A stretch of 64,000 nt of DNA from an uncultured Gemmatimonadaceae bacterium (GTDB taxonomy: Bacteria > Gemmatimonadota > Gemmatimonadetes > Gemmatimonadales > Gemmatimonadaceae). Position numbers and translations under genes: made by a program. Below the pieces are notes generated by a model. The model ran no database searches. It had not been told where the DNA came from and saw only the letters and a program-made list of their open reading frames with translations. The stretch covers positions 32,001 through 96,000 of the forward strand of contig CAWFQK010000006.1 of NCBI GenBank assembly GCA_963817955.1, given 5' to 3'. Below, one piece after another: positions 59,478 to 64,000 of this stretch. Numbering within the stretch: the first letter of the stretch is position 1; every line of letters begins with the position of its first letter.

Positions 59478-60908
59478 GTGAAGCGTATCGTTCTCACATT
59501 TCTCATGATGCTCCCCGCGCTGCTGTCTGCGCAGGAGACGCCCACCGAACGCGAGTCCGCGCGAGACGTCGTCCGCAAGCTCGATTCGCTACAACGCTCG
59601 CTCGATCTGCCGGCGCTCGTGGCCAAGCTGACCGGCCCGAATGCGGCGCGCGACCAGGTGACCGCGCGCGCGAAAGAGCTGATGGACTCCGACCTGCTCG
59701 CGCTCGGTGACGACATCACGCGGCATCCCGAGATCGGCTTCGAGGAGAAGCGGTCGGTACAGCTCCTCACGGATTATCTCAAGAAGCACGACTTCACGGT
59801 GCAGATGGGCACCCCCGGTCTGCCTACCGCGTTCGTCGCGCGTTACAACAAGAACAACGGCGCGCCCAACCTCGGTGTCATCCTGGAGTACGACGCGCTG
59901 CGCGGTACGAAGGGCGCCTTCCACGGAGACCAGCACAGCACCCAGGGGCCGATCGGGATCGCCGCCGCGGTCGCGATGGCAGAATATCTCACGAAGACAA
60001 AGACGCCAGGCAGCGTTGTGGTATTCGGCACGCCAGGCGAAGAGATGATGCCCCCCAACGCAAAGTTCGTCATGCAGGAGTCACATGTCTTCGACGGGAT
60101 GGACGTGCTCGTGCGTAGCCATTCCACGAGCGCCACGAGCCGGCCCGCGCCGGGCTTTGGCACGTGTTGCATGAACATCGATGGTGTGAAATACACGTTC
60201 AGCGGCGCGCCGGCACATCAGCTCACGGCATGGAACGGCCGTAACGCGCTCACGGCCGTCATCCACCTCTTTGAGAACATCGATGCGATGCGCAGCAACA
60301 TCCGACCGGAAGCGCGCATCCAGGGCGTGATCGTCGAGGGCGGAGCGGCGCCAAACGTCGTCCCCGATCACACCGTGGCCGACTTCTATATTCGCTATCC
60401 CGACGAGGTCTATCTCGCGCAGATCTCACAGATGGTCGACGACGCGGCCCGTGCGGCGGCGCTTGCCACCGGAACGAAGGTGAAGATCGACCACTACGGC
60501 GCAGACCGCGACGGCATCAGCGTGGCGGCGTTGAACGACGTCGCATTCGCCTACATGAAGAAGTTTGGCGCCACAGGCATCTCACCAGAGCCGGGAAAGC
60601 CACAGGGGTATGAAGAGACGGGCAGCGTGTCGCGCGCCATCCCTGGCGCGGGGTTCACGGCAAAATCCTCGAACGCTCCCAACCATACCTACGAGATGGA
60701 GCAGGACGCGCTGGGGCCGATCGGTCACCAAGGCTTTGTGGTCGACGCGCAGTCGATGGCGGCACTGCTGTACGATTTCGCCACTCGGCCGGATTATCGC
60801 GCCACGGTGAAGCGCGAATTCGAGACGATTCGCGGGCTCCACGACCAGTACCTCGAGGACCTCAGAAAGACGTATGTGCTTCCGAAGGTGCCGGATCCGG
60901 AGCCATAG
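59478..60908 (+). CDS. M20 family peptidase/amidohydrolase (ACY1L2-like), exported
   Basis: Signal peptide, HPEIGFEE, TAF.A, EYDAL, GTPGEE, AH...WNGRNAL, GG.APNVVPD. Confidence 0.85.
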   Translation: MKRIVLTFLMMLPALLSAQETPTERESARDVVRKLDSLQRSLDLPALVAKLTGPNAARDQVTARAKELMDSDLLALGDDITRHPEIGFEEKRSVQLLTDYLKKHDFTVQMGTPGLPTAFVARYNKNNGAPNLGVILEYDALRGTKGAFHGDQHSTQGPIGIAAAVAMAEYLTKTKTPGSVVVFGTPGEEMMPPNAKFVMQESHVFDGMDVLVRSHSTSATSRPAPGFGTCCMNIDGVKYTFSGAPAHQLTAWNGRNALTAVIHLFENIDAMRSNIRPEARIQGVIVEGGAAPNVVPDHTVADFYIRYPDEVYLAQISQMVDDAARAAALATGTKVKIDHYGADRDGISVAALNDVAFAYMKKFGATGISPEPGKPQGYEETGSVSRAIPGAGFTAKSSNAPNHTYEMEQDALGPIGHQGFVVDAQSMAALLYDFATRPDYRATVKREFETIRGLHDQYLEDLRKTYVLPKVPDPEP

Positions 60909-60911
60909 GCC

Positions 60912-61010
60912 GACTGTTGAACTACGAGTAAATCGCCAACAATCGATACCGCGGAGGGCGCAGAGGAACGTGGAGGAACGTTCCCTGCGACTCCGCGGTT
61001 CCTCCGCGCC
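60912..61010. repeat. Truncated member of the repeat family: GACTGTTGAACTACGAG.AATCGCCA.CAATCG end plus CGCGGAG/GCAGAG-type hairpin
   Basis: 60912-60945 matches 63202-63235 at 32/34 positions; followed by CGCGGAGG...CCTCCGCG inverted repeat. Confidence 0.75.
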
Positions 61011-61014
61011 GATG

Positions 61015-62370
61015 TTACCGCTTGACGGGCGGTGGACTCACGAGCGAACTGGGAAGTTTTGCCTCCCCGGCACTCGGCACCACTGCAGATTTCCCATCAA
61101 CGCGGTCCGTGTCTATGAGCCCGCGTGAAACCAACTGCGCGGCCAGTACGGTCTGGATGACGCCGATGATGTTGTTCGTCGTGCCTTCCGGCGCGCCCGT
61201 GTCTCCACCGGAGATCGTGACCATCCTGGCCGCGGCGAGCGCCTCGGCAATGACAGGAGCGATCTGCGGCATCATCTCGATCTGCCGGTAGCGGAAGTAC
61301 GACTCTCCACCGGCCTGGATTGCCTGGTTGACCTTCTGGATGCTTTCGGCGGTGGCGTCGGCGATTCGGCGAATGCGAATCGCTTCGGCATCAGCCGCGG
61401 CTTCCGCTCCCAGCCGCACCTTGGCCGCGTCGGCTTTCGCTTGCGCGATCTGCGTCGCGTCGAGCTCCGCCATGCGCATCAACCCCGTGGCTTCCTGACG
61501 CTTGGCTTCGGCTTGCGCGACCAGCGCCGCGTTGGACGCCTTGGTCTGTTCCAGCTCGCGTTGCTTGTCGGAGATCGCCCGCTCTGCATCGAGCTGCGCT
61601 TCCTTCGCGCGGCGCGATTGGTTCGCGGAAACGATATCGGCATTTGCCTGCGCTTCGGCGGCCGACTGCCGGCGGCGTGCTTCCGCGACTTCCGACTGTA
61701 CAACCTTGATGTTCAGCGAATTGAAAATGAGGCCCAGATCCGTGAGCTCGCGTGAACAGGCTTTCCGAATGATCACGGCGAGCGGATCGTCCTCGTCCTC
61801 GATGGCGCGCGCCTCGGACTCCGTGAGAGCCATGGGCGCGGCCTTGACTACGGCCGCCACGGGTGCACCGGCGCCGAGGGCACGCACCGACGGGGCCGTC
61901 TTGGCCGAGAAGAGCTGATCGTGCGTGAGCAGATTCATCGCTCGTCGGCCCGAGCTCGAGAGCAGATCCGTCAACGTGCTGAGCTGATCGGCGTCACTCT
62001 TCGAGAAGAAGCGATTGGCCGCCGTCTTGATCAGAGAATCGGTGTCGCCCACGGAGACGATCGCGCTGGCCAGCACGCGGACCTTGATGGGGCGGGGCGT
62101 GCCGTTCTCGTCCAGATCGGCTGTCTGGTCGGTGATGTCGAGGTCGATGTTGATCACCTTGCTCGAGATCGTCGTTCCCGTGGTGAGCAACGGGATTTCC
62201 TTCGATTTGCCCGGACCGCGATACGTCACCGTTCCGCCGTGCAACCAGCTCACGAGGCGAATGGTGCCGGCATCGACGTTTTTCAGAAAACTGGCAACGA
62301 TCATCGGAACGACGATGATGACGAAGCCAATGACGAGCGCGATCATGACGCCACCCGATAACGTGCTCAT
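61015..62370 (-). CDS. SPFH/flotillin family protein
   Basis: N-terminal TM, SPFH-like domain (ELTDLGLIFNSLNI), AEA-rich coiled coil, IEMMPQI..A flotillin C-terminal pattern. Confidence 0.82.
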   Translation of the reverse strand: MSTLSGGVMIALVIGFVIIVVPMIVASFLKNVDAGTIRLVSWLHGGTVTYRGPGKSKEIPLLTTGTTISSKVINIDLDITDQTADLDENGTPRPIKVRVLASAIVSVGDTDSLIKTAANRFFSKSDADQLSTLTDLLSSSGRRAMNLLTHDQLFSAKTAPSVRALGAGAPVAAVVKAAPMALTESEARAIEDEDDPLAVIIRKACSRELTDLGLIFNSLNIKVVQSEVAEARRRQSAAEAQANADIVSANQSRRAKEAQLDAERAISDKQRELEQTKASNAALVAQAEAKRQEATGLMRMAELDATQIAQAKADAAKVRLGAEAAADAEAIRIRRIADATAESIQKVNQAIQAGGESYFRYRQIEMMPQIAPVIAEALAAARMVTISGGDTGAPEGTTNNIIGVIQTVLAAQLVSRGLIDTDRVDGKSAVVPSAGEAKLPSSLVSPPPVKR

Positions 62371-62406
62371 GAGAACCTCGAAGGATAGGGGTAGGGAAAA
62401 TGATCC

Positions 62407-63069
62407 CTAAACAAGTGATACCATGCAGCGATTCTTACCCGCGTCGACTTCGTCGATGCGAAGGCGTTGGCCAACACGCACGTGTCCGCCGATCAACCGG
62501 TCGTTCGATTGCAACGTGGCCAGTATCTGCACCACCTGGCCGTCCAGCTCGATCGACACGATGCCCTGACCGTTCGCATCGAACGACGTGACCGCCGTCG
62601 CTTCGTCTGACACGGCGCTCTCGAGCGTGAGCGCCGGCGTCGACGCAAAGCGCATGGTGAAATTCCAGAGCGGTGATACGAGGAATCGCTCGAAGATGAT
62701 CGCACCGAGTACCGCAGCAGCAGGCAGCAGCGGCCCGCCGAGCACCGGGCGCAGGAGCTCGCCGGCTGCGCCAAACCCAAGTGCCAGACTGAAGAGAAAG
62801 CGCGGCGAGGTGATGGCGAGCATCCGCTCGGCGCCGCTGGCGTGCGTATGTCCGCCAGCGTGGAGGTGCCCACCCCCGTGCTCGTGGCCGTCGGCGTGCA
62901 GATGGCCACCGGCATGCACGTGCCCACCGCCAACCGCGTGACCACCGCCGGCCACATGACCACCATGCGCGGCACTGCCGCCCCCGTGACTATGTGTCCC
63001 GAGGCCGCTCACCGCCATGACGCCAAGGCCGGCGGCGCCAAGCACCAGACTCGAGATGTAGAGGTCCAT
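62407..63069 (-). CDS. NfeD/YqiJ-like membrane protein with His/Gly-rich loop and C-terminal OB fold
   Basis: TM, (GGHxH)n tract, further TMs, G...IELDGQ...ILA...G..L.I.EVD; directly upstream of flotillin; start at MDLY. Confidence 0.75.
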   Translation of the reverse strand: MDLYISSLVLGAAGLGVMAVSGLGTHSHGGGSAAHGGHVAGGGHAVGGGHVHAGGHLHADGHEHGGGHLHAGGHTHASGAERMLAITSPRFLFSLALGFGAAGELLRPVLGGPLLPAAAVLGAIIFERFLVSPLWNFTMRFASTPALTLESAVSDEATAVTSFDANGQGIVSIELDGQVVQILATLQSNDRLIGGHVRVGQRLRIDEVDAGKNRCMVSLV

Positions 63070-63093
63070 CAAGGGGTTTGAGAGAAGAGACCG

Positions 63094-63138
63094 GCAACAC
63101 GACGTCAATCATACACGCAACACGACGTCAATCATACA
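63094..63138. promoter_or_regulatory. 22-bp perfect direct repeat (23-bp period) upstream of the NfeD-flotillin operon
   Basis: GCAACACGACGTCAATCATACA at 63094-63115 and 63117-63138; regulatory role is inference. Confidence 0.5.
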
Positions 63139-63196
63139 TAACGAATACATGACGCCTAAAGTTCCAGCTTGGGCCAACGCATGCGCTCGTTCAAGC

Positions 63197-63709
63197 TAAC
63201 AGACTGTTGAACTACGAGTGAATCGCCAGCAATCGTTGACGCGGCTGCGAAGATCGTGATCTGAGCGAAGCCTGTCATCCTGAGCGACGGGCTGTCATTC
63301 TGAGCGAAAGCGAAGGATCTTTGTGGCCGACAGAACAGCTTTTGAACGCAGAGGTCGCAGAGAACTGCAGGAGAACTGCAGAGAACTGCGGAGGAACACC
63401 GAGTAAATCTTTATCCGGATGTCTTGGCTGATGCGGTCGTGACGCTCCGATGGTATCGCCCAGGTCGGGATCATCAACGATATAAGCGGAATGATTGTGG
63501 ACTCGGCAATCACGGTTCATTCCACCAATACGCGTTTCCTCTTCCGTACGCTTACAGTTTTCTCTTGCAGTTCTCTTGCAGTTCTCTCCGTCCTCTTGCA
63601 GTTCTCTGCGACCTCTGCGTTCAAAGGCTGTTGCGCCGTCTGCGGTAAAAAGCCGTCCGGCCCTCGAACTGATCTGACTTCTGTCCGGAACTATTTCAAC
63701 AGTCTGCTA
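63197..63709. mobile_element. Non-coding nested inverted-repeat element (MITE-like), copy 2
   Basis: Terminal IR TAACAGACTGTTGAA (63197-63211) / TTCAACAGTCTGCTA (63695-63709), 14/15; contains GTCAT.CTGAGC REP-like units, GAGAACTGCA arrays and the shared core in reverse orientation. Confidence 0.8.
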
Positions 63710-64000
63710 CGCCGGCGAACCCGCCGGCGCTGCTTCACCCAGATTTCCTCCTCGTTGGGTTCGTGCCGGCCGGAACGACAGACCGAACAGGATCAGCACC
63801 CCTGCCGCCCCCGCGGCAGGCACGAGCCAGATGGCATGCCAGTCGTGGATCACGGTAAGGCAGGAATGCGCCGCCGCCGCGGCATCGCTACATCCGGGAT
63901 TCCGCGTCGCGTACCGATCGACCACTGCGCCGGATATGAACGCGCCGACGAAGTATCCCAACCCATTCGTCACGAAATTGATGAATCCCTGTGCCGCCGC
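63707..64000 (-). CDS. Nucleoside permease (NupG/MFS) C-terminal part, truncated by window
   Basis: [27 protein letters not shown]...DW..IWL.PA typical of the nucleoside:H+ symporter C-terminus. Confidence 0.8.
   Translation of the reverse strand, partial: AAAQGFINFVTNGLGYFVGAFISGAVVDRYATRNPGCSDAAAAAHSCLTVIHDWHAIWLVPAAGAAGVLILFGLSFRPARTQRGGNLGEAAPAGSPA

Overview
64 kb of high-GC bacterial chromosome. The gene content and GGRGG-rich secreted proteins suggest Gemmatimonadota or a similar soil lineage (inference only). Left to right it holds: a GT2 tail, a DUF433/PIN toxin-antitoxin pair, an M1 peptidase coupled to an 8-heme cytochrome c, uup, a USP, glgA, and a PLP/TPP catabolic cluster (two class V aminotransferases, a split ComD/ComE-like decarboxylase, an NSS transporter, a cyclase). 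Then come a type II secretion cluster (gspG,F,H,I,J,K,L,M,C-like,D,E), frameshifted fabH, and an ECF sigma/anti-sigma-headed RND efflux operon. A lower-GC three-gene cassette (TIGR04255-like protein, HTH protein, WRQG/SQDCD protein) lies beside tRNA-Cys and a half tRNA-Phe. The right part holds PAP2, MFS, glutamine synthetase III, an L-arabinose locus (its araB/isomerase half is full of frameshifts), SLT/DUF350, yaeQ, tricorn protease, a methyltransferase, an M20 hydrolase, flotillin/NfeD and a nucleoside permease tail. Two candidates for an undescribed system stand out. (1) The tRNA-adjacent three-gene cassette has an apparently leaderless, repeat-covered promoter and looks like an autoregulated tripartite TA/defence module. 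(2) A family of nested non-coding inverted-repeat elements (52.6-53.1 kb and 63.2-63.7 kb) carries a ~146 bp core that is flipped between the two copies relative to same-oriented arms. All family assignments come from motif recognition by eye; no database searches were run. Several single-base frameshifts may be sequencing errors.
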